From IMG/VR virus record IMGVR_UViG_2778261460_000003: a DNA stretch of 35,738 nucleotides; one strand, 5' to 3'. The notes beneath the pieces were generated by a model. That model was not told the DNA's origin. It saw only the letters and a program-made list of their open reading frames with translations, and did not search any database. This stretch comes from a virus. Its lineage: Duplodnaviria; Heunggongvirae; Uroviricota; Caudoviricetes. Both the position numbers and the translations under genes were made by a program. This document shows, piece after piece, positions 17,362-27,759 of this stretch; the stretch's first letter is position 1, and every line of letters starts with the position of its first letter.

Positions 17362-17864
17362 CAGCACAACTCCGCAAAGATTCGCGGGCGGCACAGAATG
17401 TCAGAGATGGCCCAGCTCACATCGCGCCACAAATCCGATGTCTGTATATCCAGTGCGTCCGCCCGGCGGTCGCCCTTATCCGTTGTGTCCGCATCGCGGT
17501 AACGCTCCAGAATCAGGGCGCGTGTGGCGGTATAAACGGCATTGCGCCAGTGCCAGAGATTGACGCTTTCTCCGTTAATTACGGGTGCCGGAACATCGGC
17601 CAGCGTCTGATGGCCAGCCGCCTGCTGTTCCTGCTGCCACGCTTCCAGCTCGCGGGTAACGTGTGCCACGGCCCCAGTGGCGGTATGCAGCAGGCGGGAG
17701 GTGGTCACACGGCCCGGCAGTCGTACCGCCAGACGCAGCTCGCGCAGCACAATATCCGGCCAGAATGCACCCGCTGAAATACGGGTATCACCATCATCGG
17801 TATCGGTGATGTCGTCCTCTGCGGGTCCGGGGTTGGTTCTGGCAACCATACTCATGGGGTTCAC
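17361..17864 (-). CDS. L: Head completion / stabilisation protein gpL
   Basis: 167 aa; P2 L-like size and position. Confidence 0.8.
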   Translation of the reverse strand: MNPMSMVARTNPGPAEDDITDTDDGDTRISAGAFWPDIVLRELRLAVRLPGRVTTSRLLHTATGAVAHVTRELEAWQQEQQAAGHQTLADVPAPVINGESVNLWHWRNAVYTATRALILERYRDADTTDKGDRRADALDIQTSDLWRDVSWAISDILCRPRIFAELC

Positions 17865-17956
17865 TCCTGAAAAAATCGGGCGGTGGGTGCGCGGTGTAAA
17901 CGGTCACGGAGTCAAACCGGAACACCGCGCACGCCGCCCGCTGACGGGGTCAGTCG

Positions 17957-18757
17957 TTAACCGCGCTTCGCCTTCTGCGTCGCGGTGGTTTTTCGTGTTG
18001 CAGGCTTCCGCGTTGTCTTTTTACTTTTGCTGCTTTCGTCCTGCGCCTGCGGTGTGCTGGCGTCTTCTGGTTCGGCTGCGGAATCGGCTTTTTTCAGGGC
18101 GCGGGAAAGGGTTGCAATCTCGCGTTTCACACCTGCGTTCGGGTTCAGGTGCATCGCTTCGCGCAGCAGCTTCAGTGATGAGGCCATGCTGTCCGCATCG
18201 GTCAGGCCACGACGGGCAAAGGCACACGCCTTGCATAATTTGGCGCGCACTTCGTCCGGCATGTCCTGGTCGGTGACAATCTCCCGGAGGGTATCCAGTG
18301 GTTCGATAAAGGCGGATAAATCCGCGTCGGCATCCGTCCCGGCCTGCGTCAGTACCGGGTTGCAGATTTCTTCGGTCAGTACCGTGGCAGCAGTACGGCC
18401 AAAGTTATCCGGCATAATGAGGTTGTGACGGACCACATACGCACCAATACGCAGCGCCAGCGGAAGATCGCCGCAGTCAATCGCCCACACCATCAGCGTG
18501 GCAATCACTTCATCCTGCTGCCCGCCGTCAGCCTCCAGCGTTCCCTCAATCCAGCCGGAAAAGTCCGGCAACAACTCTTTTTTGATGGAGGCTTTCGCGC
18601 TTCTGGCCTGTACGCCCTTAAGCCGGGCCTGTGCCAGACGCAGACGATACAGCACCTCTTCATGCGCGGTACGCGCGGCGTGGTCCACGCCTTCATTCGC
18701 CCGGCCTGCGCGCTGTGCCATCACGTTCTGCCAGTGTTGCTGTGCAGGAGTAATCAT
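17957..18757 (-). CDS. M: Terminase endonuclease (small) subunit gpM
   Basis: 266 aa with basic C-terminal tail; P2 M position between N and L. Confidence 0.8.
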   Translation of the reverse strand: MITPAQQHWQNVMAQRAGRANEGVDHAARTAHEEVLYRLRLAQARLKGVQARSAKASIKKELLPDFSGWIEGTLEADGGQQDEVIATLMVWAIDCGDLPLALRIGAYVVRHNLIMPDNFGRTAATVLTEEICNPVLTQAGTDADADLSAFIEPLDTLREIVTDQDMPDEVRAKLCKACAFARRGLTDADSMASSLKLLREAMHLNPNAGVKREIATLSRALKKADSAAEPEDASTPQAQDESSKSKKTTRKPATRKTTATQKAKRG

Positions 18758-18802
18758 TTTTTCTCTCCGTTACAGGCGGGCATGATGCCCGCCGTGAGTT
18801 GA

Positions 18803-19855
18803 TTAGCTGTCGGCGAACTTCAGGCCAGTGACCATCGCGCACTTGCCATAGTCTTCAACGACATAAGCGTCATTGATGGACTGATAGGTGGCGATGCGGT
18901 TGTATTCCGGTTCGTCTTTCATCAGACGACGCATTGAACCTTTCTGCCAGTAAATCGACAGGTTGTTGAACGAGGTGATCAGCATCGTTGCATCCGGGAA
19001 GAACGGCGCAAGGAACACGCCCAGCCCGCCAATGGTGCGCGATGACAGGATGAGCTGCCCGGCAAGTAATTCCGCATTGGGATTCTGGCCGCTGATGCTG
19101 TTCAGCACGGGCAGACGCAGCGAGTTAAACAGGTTGCGCCCCATAATCACCACGAGGTCGTCAGCTTCCTTGTGCCATTCATCCAGCAGGGATGAACGCG
19201 CGTCCTGTACCAGTGCATCAGCGTTTGCATACTTACCCGCGTGCGCCACGGTGTTGTCCATGTTGCGGGAGGTCAGCGTCACGTCATTCATAACGCGTTC
19301 GCTGGCGTCGGTTCTGATGTGCTCCAGCCAGCCCACGTTAACGTCCTGAAGCAGCTTGTTGGTGCTGAAGTTGGACTCATCCGCGTGAGACGTGCCGTTG
19401 AAACCGATCATGATGCGGTCAAGCGCCACCTGTCGGGCAATCTGTGCGCTGATGCGGGACTGAAAATCAGGGTGTGCCGACCAGGCATCAAGCTGCGGAT
19501 ACGAAATAAACGTGTCGTAGTTCACCTGTTCGCACTGGTATTTGCGGTTTTTCAGATCAACCACATTATTCGGGTTACGGCGTTTTGTTCCGTCATAACT
19601 GGTATTCGTGCGCGCAATTGGTCCTGTGGTATCCGGGAGGATTTTTTCGCCTTTCTGGTCGGTCACGCCGATCACGTTAATTCTTTTCGTAAATTCGGTA
19701 CTTTCCTTTGAGGCGTTTTCAAAACGCTGCTGCACCGCGGGTTCCACGGTAAATCGCGATACCAGTGCAGATACCGGGATATTGTTAAGCGACGCCTGCT
19801 GCGCCATATAGCAACCCAGCTTGTTGCGGGTAATATCTGACATCACCAGATTCAT
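18803..19855 (-). CDS. N: Major capsid protein precursor gpN
   Basis: 350 aa; P2 N-like size and position. Confidence 0.85.
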   Translation of the reverse strand: MNLVMSDITRNKLGCYMAQQASLNNIPVSALVSRFTVEPAVQQRFENASKESTEFTKRINVIGVTDQKGEKILPDTTGPIARTNTSYDGTKRRNPNNVVDLKNRKYQCEQVNYDTFISYPQLDAWSAHPDFQSRISAQIARQVALDRIMIGFNGTSHADESNFSTNKLLQDVNVGWLEHIRTDASERVMNDVTLTSRNMDNTVAHAGKYANADALVQDARSSLLDEWHKEADDLVVIMGRNLFNSLRLPVLNSISGQNPNAELLAGQLILSSRTIGGLGVFLAPFFPDATMLITSFNNLSIYWQKGSMRRLMKDEPEYNRIATYQSINDAYVVEDYGKCAMVTGLKFADS

Positions 19856-19878
19856 AAAAAATTTGCTCCTTTGTCTTA

Positions 19879-20715
19879 TCAGAAGTCAGCCAGCTGGTCG
19901 GAGGCTGCGCCCGTTGCGGTGAACCGGTTCTGCGGATCGCCGTCCTGCGTGCGCAGTTTTTCCTTCAGTGCTGCCAGCTCTGTGGTCAGTGAAGTGATTT
20001 TCTGGCGGTCCTGCTGATGGCGGGTTTCCAGTGCATTAAAACGGTCGATAATGTCGGCCTGTGACGTTGCGACGCCTTCCACCGCTTCCTGAATGCGGGA
20101 AAAACTGGCGTCATCCGCTTTGCGGCCACGGCCAATAATCCCCATTACGCGGTTAAACCACTGGGTGCCTTCTTCCTGGCGTTGTTCTGCCATTTCGATG
20201 ATTTCAGACTCGATGGCTTCGGAGATAAGCGGTGCTTCACCCTGGACACTGTTGAACGTCATCACCGCCTGACGTTGCTGTGCCGTGAATTTCAGGCGCT
20301 CAGTGCCCAGGCTTGCCGGGGTGTCGGTCATCGCCAGCCCGACCAGATAGGCGCGCCCGTTAACGGAGAACTGCGGGTGCAGTTCGATACTGGAATAGAT
20401 TTTCTTGCCGTCCGCGACAAGCTGCTTCATGCGCTCGGTCGGTTCAATTTCTGCATACAGCGCAGTACGTCCGGCCAGCGGGCCTTCCGTAATATCTTCC
20501 GTACTCAGTGCGGTGACATCACCCATTGCGGAAAATTCGCTTGACGGGCATGGCGAGAGATAGTGCTCAACGTTCACGCGGGCGGCGTAAACATCCGGGT
20601 TGAAGTTCTCGGCGGCTTCACGCAGATGCACCGGACTGATTTCGCGGCCATCAACAGTTGATCCGGAGACAGCCACGCGAAACTTTTTGCGGGATGTCTT
20701 TTTTTCATTAGCCAT
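19879..20715 (-). CDS. O: Capsid scaffolding protein gpO
   Basis: Start at MANEKK (20715) preceded by an AGAGGGG RBS; size and position as P2 O. Confidence 0.8.
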   Translation of the reverse strand: MANEKKTSRKKFRVAVSGSTVDGREISPVHLREAAENFNPDVYAARVNVEHYLSPCPSSEFSAMGDVTALSTEDITEGPLAGRTALYAEIEPTERMKQLVADGKKIYSSIELHPQFSVNGRAYLVGLAMTDTPASLGTERLKFTAQQRQAVMTFNSVQGEAPLISEAIESEIIEMAEQRQEEGTQWFNRVMGIIGRGRKADDASFSRIQEAVEGVATSQADIIDRFNALETRHQQDRQKITSLTTELAALKEKLRTQDGDPQNRFTATGAASDQLADF

Positions 20716-20781
20716 AGTTTTTGCCCCTCTGACTGGTTCTTCAGTCATGATGGCAAAGCGTAACAGGCTGATACAAAGGGC

Positions 20782-20820
20782 TTTTGTTGTAAGAAAACGG
20801 CCAGAGCAGGGGGTTAAGGA
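20782..20820 (+). promoter_or_regulatory. Putative late promoter upstream of P (in the divergent O/P control region)
   Basis: CTTTTGTTGT-N12-AGA-GCAGGGGGT, the same motif as upstream of FI. Confidence 0.35.
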
Positions 20821-20869
20821 GAACGGTTTCGCGCGCGGGTAATCTTCCTGTAATTACTCAGGGGGAGCA

Positions 20870-22621
20870 ATGATTCAGGACGCTTTTGTGCGCCAGCGTG
20901 CGCGGCAACTTTACTGGCAGGGTTATCCGCCCGCAGAAATATCACGTCTGATGGGAATAAACCCGAACACGATTTATGCGTGGAAAAAACGCGACCAGTG
21001 GGATGAAACGCCACCCGTGCAGCGTGTCACGCAGTCCATCGATGCGCGCCTCATCCAGCTTACTGAAAAACAGAATAAAACAGGCGGTGACTTTAAGGAA
21101 ATAGACCTGCTGACACGGCAGCTTAAAAAGCTGCATGATGGCCAGCCGGATGTGATGGCCGCAGGAAAGAAAGGCCGGGCGAAAAAACTCAAAAATCATT
21201 TCACGCCGGAACAGATTGCCGCACTGCGGGAAAAAATCATCAGCAGGCTGGAGTGGCATCAGCGAAGCTGGTTTGACTCCCTGACCCTTTGCAGGGAAGC
21301 CGGGATACGTAACAGGATGATCCTGAAATCCCGACAGATTGGGGCGACCTGGTATTTTGCACAGGAAGCACTGCTGATGGCGCTGCGTGACGATGTGGCG
21401 CAACCTTACCAGCGTAACCAGATTTTTTTGTCTGCGTCGCGTCGTCAGGCGTTCCAGTTTAAAAGCATTATTCAGAAGGCCGCGGCTGAAGTTGATGTGG
21501 AGCTGAAAGGGGGCGATAAAATCATCCTCTCCAACGGCGCAGAGCTGCATTTTCTCGGCACTTCTGCTGCGTCGGCACAGTCCTATACGGGCAATTTTTA
21601 TTTTGATGAATTTTTCTGGGTCAGTCGCTTTGCTGAACTGCGCAAGGTGGCTGGCGCTATGGCAACCCTCAGCGGACTGCGGCGCACCTACTTCTCGACG
21701 CCATCCACCGAAACGCACGAGGCATACGCCTACTGGAACGGCGACCGCTGGAACGAGAAAAAGGCCTCGCATAAACGCCAGCGTTTTTCTGTGGACTGGA
21801 AAACGCTGCATAACGGGCTTATCTGCCCTGACCGGACGTGGCGGCAAATTGTCACGCTGGAAGATGTGGTTAATCACGGCTGGAAACACACCGATATTGA
21901 TGAAATTCGTGATGAAAACACCGAAGACGAGTTCCTCAATCTCTATATGTGTGAGTTTGTCCGCGAAGGGGAATCGGCATTTAACCTGAATATCCTGATT
22001 GGCTGTGGCGTTGACGGATACGACGACTGGAAAGACTGGAAACCTTTTGCTCCCCGCCCGATGGGGAATCGTCCGGTATGGATTGGGTATGACGCAAACG
22101 GCAGCAGTGGCAACGGCGACAGCGGCGCTGTGTCCGTGGTGGTTCCTCCGGCTGTTCCTGGTGGCCGTTTTCGAACGGTGGAGACGCGACGCGTTCAGGG
22201 GCTGGAGTTTGAAGAACAGGCCAGAGTCATTGAAGAGTTCACGTGTCGCTACAACGTGGAACACATCGGCATTGATGTGACGGGCGGGAACGGGGAGGCT
22301 GTTTATCAGATAGTGAAACGGTTTTTCCCTGCTGCTATTCCGTACACCTTCACGCTGTCATCAAAACGGTCGCTGGTACTGAAAATGCTGCAAATAATGC
22401 GTGCCGGGCGGTGGGAATACGATCGCGCCGAACGCGAGCTGGTCGCGGCCTTTAACGCCGTGCGTAAGGTGAAAACACCGGGCGGCTTTATCACTTACGA
22501 AACGGACCGCGCGAGGGGGATCAGCCACGGCGACCTTGCGTGGGCAACCATGCTTGCTGTCATTAACGAACCGATTGGCGGCGAAGGAGAAAACGAGCGT
22601 TTCACGGTTATGGAGTTCTGA
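20870..22621 (+). CDS. P: Terminase ATPase (large) subunit gpP
   Basis: 583 aa; divergent from O as in P2. Confidence 0.9.
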   Translation: MIQDAFVRQRARQLYWQGYPPAEISRLMGINPNTIYAWKKRDQWDETPPVQRVTQSIDARLIQLTEKQNKTGGDFKEIDLLTRQLKKLHDGQPDVMAAGKKGRAKKLKNHFTPEQIAALREKIISRLEWHQRSWFDSLTLCREAGIRNRMILKSRQIGATWYFAQEALLMALRDDVAQPYQRNQIFLSASRRQAFQFKSIIQKAAAEVDVELKGGDKIILSNGAELHFLGTSAASAQSYTGNFYFDEFFWVSRFAELRKVAGAMATLSGLRRTYFSTPSTETHEAYAYWNGDRWNEKKASHKRQRFSVDWKTLHNGLICPDRTWRQIVTLEDVVNHGWKHTDIDEIRDENTEDEFLNLYMCEFVREGESAFNLNILIGCGVDGYDDWKDWKPFAPRPMGNRPVWIGYDANGSSGNGDSGAVSVVVPPAVPGGRFRTVETRRVQGLEFEEQARVIEEFTCRYNVEHIGIDVTGGNGEAVYQIVKRFFPAAIPYTFTLSSKRSLVLKMLQIMRAGRWEYDRAERELVAAFNAVRKVKTPGGFITYETDRARGISHGDLAWATMLAVINEPIGGEGENERFTVMEF

Positions 22622-23667
22622 TGAGCAGAAAAAATAAAAAAGTGCGCATGAGTTCACGCATTGATCTCGCTGATGCGCTCAGGAAAGAATCGTCGCTCAG
22701 TGCATTCACATTTGATGGTCCTTATCGCCTGACCGGGCATGACCTGCTGGACAATATGTACTGTGCTGATAACGGGCGGTGGTATGAAACCCCGGTGGAC
22801 TGGTACGGTCTGGCAAGAGCTGCCCGGCAAACGTCCTGGCATCAGTCTGCGCTTTACTTTAAGCGCAATGTATTACTCGGTTGCTACATCCCGCACCCGC
22901 TGCTTTCCCGGCAGGATTTCTCGGCGCTGGCGCTGGACTGGTTTGTGTTCGGTAACGCATTCCTTGAGCTTCGAAGCAATATGCTCGGCGAACCGCTTAA
23001 ATTACGGCACGCCCTGGCGAAATACATGCGACGCGGTAGCGATCTTGAATCATGGTGGTATGTGCAGGATGGCAAGGATGCGTTCCAGTTTCGCCCTGGC
23101 AAAGTGTGCCACCTGATGAATCCTGACATTAACCAGGAAATCTACGGCATGCCGGAATATCTCGGCGCATTACTCTCGGCCAGCCTGTCTCATTCGGCGG
23201 ACATGTTCAGAAAACTGTATTACGACAACGGATCCCACGCCGGGTGCATCATCTACATCGGTGCAGCGCAGGTAAACCGCGAAAGCATGGACTCCCTGAA
23301 AGCAACGCTACAGGGGGCACGTGGTGGTGGTGCGTTTAAAAACGTGCTCATTCATGCGCCCAACGGGGGCAAAGAGGGGGTGCAAATTTTGCCGTTCCAG
23401 CAGATCACCGCAAAGGATGAGTTCATGAATGTTAAGGCGGCATCCCGTGATGATGTGCTGGCTGCGCACCGCGTTCCGCCGCAACTGATGGGGGCGATGC
23501 CGGGCGAAAAAAGTGCGTTTGGTGATGTGGAGAAGGCCGCGCGGGTTTACGCAATTAACGAGCTGATGCCCGTCATGGAGGCCATGAAGCACATCAATGA
23601 CTGGCTTGGCGAGGAGGTGATCCGCTTTAACCCTTACGCACTGTTAGACACCCAGCCCACATCCTGA
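22621..23667 (+). CDS. Q: Portal protein gpQ
   Basis: 348 aa; start overlaps the P stop; last late gene before the cos-region intergenic interval. Confidence 0.9.
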   Translation: MSRKNKKVRMSSRIDLADALRKESSLSAFTFDGPYRLTGHDLLDNMYCADNGRWYETPVDWYGLARAARQTSWHQSALYFKRNVLLGCYIPHPLLSRQDFSALALDWFVFGNAFLELRSNMLGEPLKLRHALAKYMRRGSDLESWWYVQDGKDAFQFRPGKVCHLMNPDINQEIYGMPEYLGALLSASLSHSADMFRKLYYDNGSHAGCIIYIGAAQVNRESMDSLKATLQGARGGGAFKNVLIHAPNGGKEGVQILPFQQITAKDEFMNVKAASRDDVLAAHRVPPQLMGAMPGEKSAFGDVEKAARVYAINELMPVMEAMKHINDWLGEEVIRFNPYALLDTQPTS

Positions 23668-24140
23668 CGCGCTTCGCTTGTCTGCTGCTTCGCCGGGGCA
23701 TAAAAAATTTATGCCCCGACTCTCCAGCTCCTGTATCAATCAGATAATTTCACGACGCCTTCCAGCTTATTGCCATCATTGACGGTCAGGCTCTTACGCA
23801 ATCCCATCGCGCTGACTGCATGTTCTCGCCGCCTCAGTGCGATTTTGACGGCCTTATCTGCCACCCCATCAAATCAAAAGCCCTCACGTCTTTTTCACGC
23901 TCAGCGTGAGAAATACAGCCATTCTGTTGTGTCGCTGCGACATCGTTCAGGGGATGCTATTTACCCCCTGAAACGCGGGCTGTTCCCCCGTCACCTGCGC
24001 GCAGAAAAAGCGCGTTTTTTTGTGCACGCACGGATCCCTGACGGATCCAGCCGCCACGCGGGCCAGAAGGGCAAAAGTTCGTTCAAAAAAATTGTGCAAA
24101 TTTGTGCACTATCGTGCATGTAAATTCATAAAAAAATTAC

Positions 24141-24162
24141 AGAAAAAAGGCCGCTTTCGCGG
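24141..24162 (-). terminator. Rho-independent terminator downstream of the S8 peptidase gene
   Basis: GGCCGC-tttc-GCGGCC stem, followed on the minus strand by a U6 run. Confidence 0.55.
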
Positions 24163-24171
24163 CCATAAAAA

Positions 24172-26376
24172 TTACGTGTCGAGAGAAATTTGTGTGCGCA
24201 GTTGAATAGGATTCAGAATTGTATATCGCTGGCGAATAACATTATATAAATCAAAGTCTTTTACCCTTACGCTTATTACCATCGCATATTGCATATCAGG
24301 GGCTGAAACTCCCTTAACATGGCGCGAAGAATCTCGGGCATGATACCGTATATCAAAAACTGGATCGCTTAATAATGTATCAGCACTGAACTTTTTGCTT
24401 CTGTGCAAACAAGTTTCCCACTTATGACCTTCACTCCTACACTCCCTTTCAGTCTTATACTGGCTTTTTTGACCAAAGAAATCATCTGTATCGGTATCGT
24501 CAAGGCCGAATCTTGGGCGGAAAGTTACCTGCATACCGGCCCTTGTATAGTTTACTGAATGTTCAGGATCTACTGGGGTTTGAATGCATAAAGTAGCGGT
24601 AAGCTCAAATGCTTCGTCAAAGGGAACATCAGGGAATGGGATCGGTGCCCTTAAATATTTATTTTTTGCTAATGAACCATAGTAAATTACTGTAGCAGTA
24701 TCATTTGGACAATCGATTAAAACGTTAGGATCCTCACTAAACCGTCCCCAACCGATATGTTCACGCGAATATTTTCTTGATGTTTCAGCATGATGAACAA
24801 GCAACGCTTTCAATGCAATGGTGTTCAATGGAGTTCCTGATAGAGCCGCAACTCCAGCGGCCGTTCTCAATGCTAATGGAGAGGCATAACTGGTTCCTTG
24901 AACTCCAACTATAGAACCAAGCAGAGGGTTGTAAGTGTAAAAAGGCTCGTCGTCGCTTCCACCAAAAATAACACCATCAGGTTTAACGAATCCGGGGCTT
25001 CTGCCTGGCCCAATACAGCTATATGGTGCCCGCCCCCATTTTTCACCGCTACGATCAGCAGCACCAATCGCTAGCGCGTTTACCATATCGGAAGGAGGTT
25101 GTATTCTCGCTGCATCACCGTCCTCATTGCCATCATTCCCAACAGCAACAGTAAGTAATATCCCATGCTTAGCACAGATTTGGTCTAAAACAGCAGTCCA
25201 TACATGAACCTCATCATCACCAATTGGAAGATGAGGACCAATACTTAGATTAGCGAACTTATAGTCACCACTATCAAGAACGGACTGTATTTTCTTAAGG
25301 ACATCAAATAAATCCCAATTGCCATTGTCACCTGATGTCGGTGAAAGAACTCTATAATGATCTACATTCATAAACGGTCTTTTAAAAGAAGGTGCATTTT
25401 CCTCGACACGTCCGAATAAGAAAGTGGATGTCACTTCATTACCGTGCTGCAATAATAATCCGCTTGTTTCTTTGGTGTCTGGATACACGTATTCCGTAAC
25501 CCAATTACTCAAGTCAGCTGTCCCCAAGCCACCATCAAAAATGGCAATACGTTCGGATTCAAGAACAGCTTTAGAATTAGGGAGCTCCGGTGTAACTATA
25601 TTAGATAACTTTCTGACAATGTTCGGCTGAGTACACCTGAGAGACGGCATCGGCCGCACAACGCGGATTAATGAAAAATCGAGTGTTTTTTTCATATCTT
25701 CAGGTCGCGCGTGTGCAACGATGAAAGTCAGCCCACCAACTTGGATTCTACTTTTGTAATCAACAGAGACATCATATTGTGCCGCATAGCTAATATAGGC
25801 TTTAACGATATCATCGTCTTCAACCCCAGCATGAAGAACCACTTCAAATTTTATCAAATCACTTTTCGCATGCTCAAAATTGCGTGCTCTCTCTTTTCCT
25901 TCAAAAAAGCTAACACTTTCAATTTCGATCAAATCCTTTTGTACGCCCTTCGGAGCTGTAGGGGAATTTAAAATTTCCTTAAATCTTATAACGGCATCAT
26001 CATCACCGCTAACAAACAGTTGCGCCGTTACTAAGTCCTTATTCTGATCGCACTGACGTGCCGCTTTCCGTGGGCGAATGATTACCTGACGGCTACCGAC
26101 ATCCCGTAAACCTGTCGCTCTAAGCAATCCTTCCGGAAAGTAGCTTTTACCCAAAAACGCTGGGTGTAAAGTTAAATTGAATACACTCTCCCCCCTTGGC
26201 TTAGCCGCATCATCCAAACTGCGAAAGCGTGAGAGTAAAGTATCAATCTCTGGGTTTAAATGCTCCCTTACTTCTTCAAGAGTATAGGGATAGCGCTTAC
26301 CATCCCTTCCTTTAGGCAAAGGTTCCTTTTTTGTCAGAACATGACCGTTACCTAAAAGTAAGTTCCTTTCCATCAT
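24172..26376 (-). CDS. Subtilisin-like serine peptidase (S8 family) with N- and C-terminal extensions, 734 aa
   Basis: Motifs IAIFDGGLG (Asp), LLQHGNEV (His), VAVGNDGNEDG (oxyanion Asn), GTSYASPLALRTAAG (Ser); AT-rich; 4-nt overlap with the upstream ATPase gene. Confidence 0.8.
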   Translation of the reverse strand: MMERNLLLGNGHVLTKKEPLPKGRDGKRYPYTLEEVREHLNPEIDTLLSRFRSLDDAAKPRGESVFNLTLHPAFLGKSYFPEGLLRATGLRDVGSRQVIIRPRKAARQCDQNKDLVTAQLFVSGDDDAVIRFKEILNSPTAPKGVQKDLIEIESVSFFEGKERARNFEHAKSDLIKFEVVLHAGVEDDDIVKAYISYAAQYDVSVDYKSRIQVGGLTFIVAHARPEDMKKTLDFSLIRVVRPMPSLRCTQPNIVRKLSNIVTPELPNSKAVLESERIAIFDGGLGTADLSNWVTEYVYPDTKETSGLLLQHGNEVTSTFLFGRVEENAPSFKRPFMNVDHYRVLSPTSGDNGNWDLFDVLKKIQSVLDSGDYKFANLSIGPHLPIGDDEVHVWTAVLDQICAKHGILLTVAVGNDGNEDGDAARIQPPSDMVNALAIGAADRSGEKWGRAPYSCIGPGRSPGFVKPDGVIFGGSDDEPFYTYNPLLGSIVGVQGTSYASPLALRTAAGVAALSGTPLNTIALKALLVHHAETSRKYSREHIGWGRFSEDPNVLIDCPNDTATVIYYGSLAKNKYLRAPIPFPDVPFDEAFELTATLCIQTPVDPEHSVNYTRAGMQVTFRPRFGLDDTDTDDFFGQKSQYKTERECRSEGHKWETCLHRSKKFSADTLLSDPVFDIRYHARDSSRHVKGVSAPDMQYAMVISVRVKDFDLYNVIRQRYTILNPIQLRTQISLDT

Positions 26377-27455
26377 TTAATCCCCCACTTTTGTAATTTA
26401 TTCGCGATTGTTGGATGTGAAACACCAACTAATTCAGCTATCTTCCTATTTGAAAAACCGTCAAAATGATATTTAATTATATTGAGATCATTATCGCTAA
26501 ACTCATCCAATGAAACCCTCTCCGTAATTACGGCTTCTATTAATGAGCTTTCAAATGGAATATTTCTAAGTACCTCATTCTTTTTGGAGAAATTCAAAAT
26601 ACGGTTAATGATGGCAAAGGACATGCCATCTAATAATGGTGCAAGTTTTTTAGATAGTTCAGGTTCAATATTATGATTGACTAAATATCTATCTATCAGT
26701 TCTACTGATGGCATATTAAATTTAAGGATGTGCTCAAATCGACGCCAAACAGCCGGATCTAAGATATCAGGGTGATTAGTCGCAGCAACAAGAAGCGAGG
26801 TCGCTGGCCACTCATCTATGGTCTGTAGGAGTACAGTAACTAAACGTTTTAATTCTCCAACGTCCCTGTCATCATCACGTCTTTTTGCAACAGCATCAAA
26901 TTCATCAAGCAAAAGGACACATGGTTTCTCTTTGGCATAATCCATAACGGATTTAATATTATTACCTGTTTTTCCCAAAAGAGAACTCATTACAGATGAG
27001 AGATCCAATGTTAAAAGAGGTAAATTTAACTTTGCAGCAAGCCAATGTGCGGACATTGTTTTGCCTACGCCTGGCGGGCCAGAAAGTAAAACCGTCTTCA
27101 CAGGTTCAAGACCAGCTTTGAACAAAGAAACCGCATTCTCTCTTTCGTTAACAATTGACTCCAGCTTCTTTGAGATATCCGTATTCCATACAGGTTCTTC
27201 AACAATTGCGTTGACAGATGTTTCCTGCAAAAGGTTTCGTCTGGAGTCTCCATCCACAGGCATAGGAGCCTTACTAGATGCCCCACGTAATACTGTTCCC
27301 TCAGCAACTAACGAAGCCAGCTTAGAAGCTAAAGCCTCATCATTTTTACGGATGTTGTTAATCATCTTTCTGCATAGGAGTGTAAATGCATTTGCGTTGC
27401 CTTTGATGCCTTGCTCGATGAGTTTGAAAAGTTCATCCTCCCTCACGTTTACCAT
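26373..27455 (-). CDS. AAA+ ATPase with C-terminal HTH-like region, 360 aa
   Basis: Walker A GPPGVGKT, Walker B VLLLDEFD; C-terminal NRKIAELVGVSHPTIANKLQKWG resembles an HTH; AT-rich. Confidence 0.8.
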   Translation of the reverse strand: MVNVREDELFKLIEQGIKGNANAFTLLCRKMINNIRKNDEALASKLASLVAEGTVLRGASSKAPMPVDGDSRRNLLQETSVNAIVEEPVWNTDISKKLESIVNERENAVSLFKAGLEPVKTVLLSGPPGVGKTMSAHWLAAKLNLPLLTLDLSSVMSSLLGKTGNNIKSVMDYAKEKPCVLLLDEFDAVAKRRDDDRDVGELKRLVTVLLQTIDEWPATSLLVAATNHPDILDPAVWRRFEHILKFNMPSVELIDRYLVNHNIEPELSKKLAPLLDGMSFAIINRILNFSKKNEVLRNIPFESSLIEAVITERVSLDEFSDNDLNIIKYHFDGFSNRKIAELVGVSHPTIANKLQKWGIK

Positions 27456-27759
27456 AAAACCCCCAATAAAACATCAGCTTGTGTAAGCTGGTAACTACAT
27501 TAATGAAAATCATTGACTAATGTTACCACTCTTGCTGGCGTAATTCAAAGAGTATCCTCACTTTTTTACTGTATGGATAATCAGCATAAAATCTATCCAG
27601 TTGGGTTACTCGAACATACTGTCAATACTTGTTTCCAACGATTGATCAGTTCTACAGTTTTATCTCCTTCACTTGTGTTGGCAGCATGCTTATTCCTGAA
27701 CCAGCTCGATTACTTGGCCATTTGAGAAAGATGTGTAGATCTTCTGATGGTTTGTATTG

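Noticed and set aside
17677-18428. Plus-strand ORFs 17677..18276 and 17985..18428 opposite genes L and M
   Set aside because: Antisense to conserved head genes; Arg/Ser-rich composition; no RBS.
20942-22264. 440-aa minus-strand ORF antisense to terminase gene P
   Set aside because: Lies wholly within a well-supported gene on the opposite strand; Arg/Pro-rich low-complexity composition typical of GC-rich antisense frames.
23960-24000. Attempt to locate the exact cos cohesive-end sequence
   Set aside because: Only weak resemblance to the cohesive-end sequences I remember for P2 and 186; cannot be asserted without alignment or end mapping.
23770-24205. Plus-strand ORFs 23770..24123 and 24020..24205 in the Q-to-subtilase interval
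   Set aside because: Arg-rich, no RBS, and lie across the palindrome-rich region expected to hold cos and terminase-binding sites.
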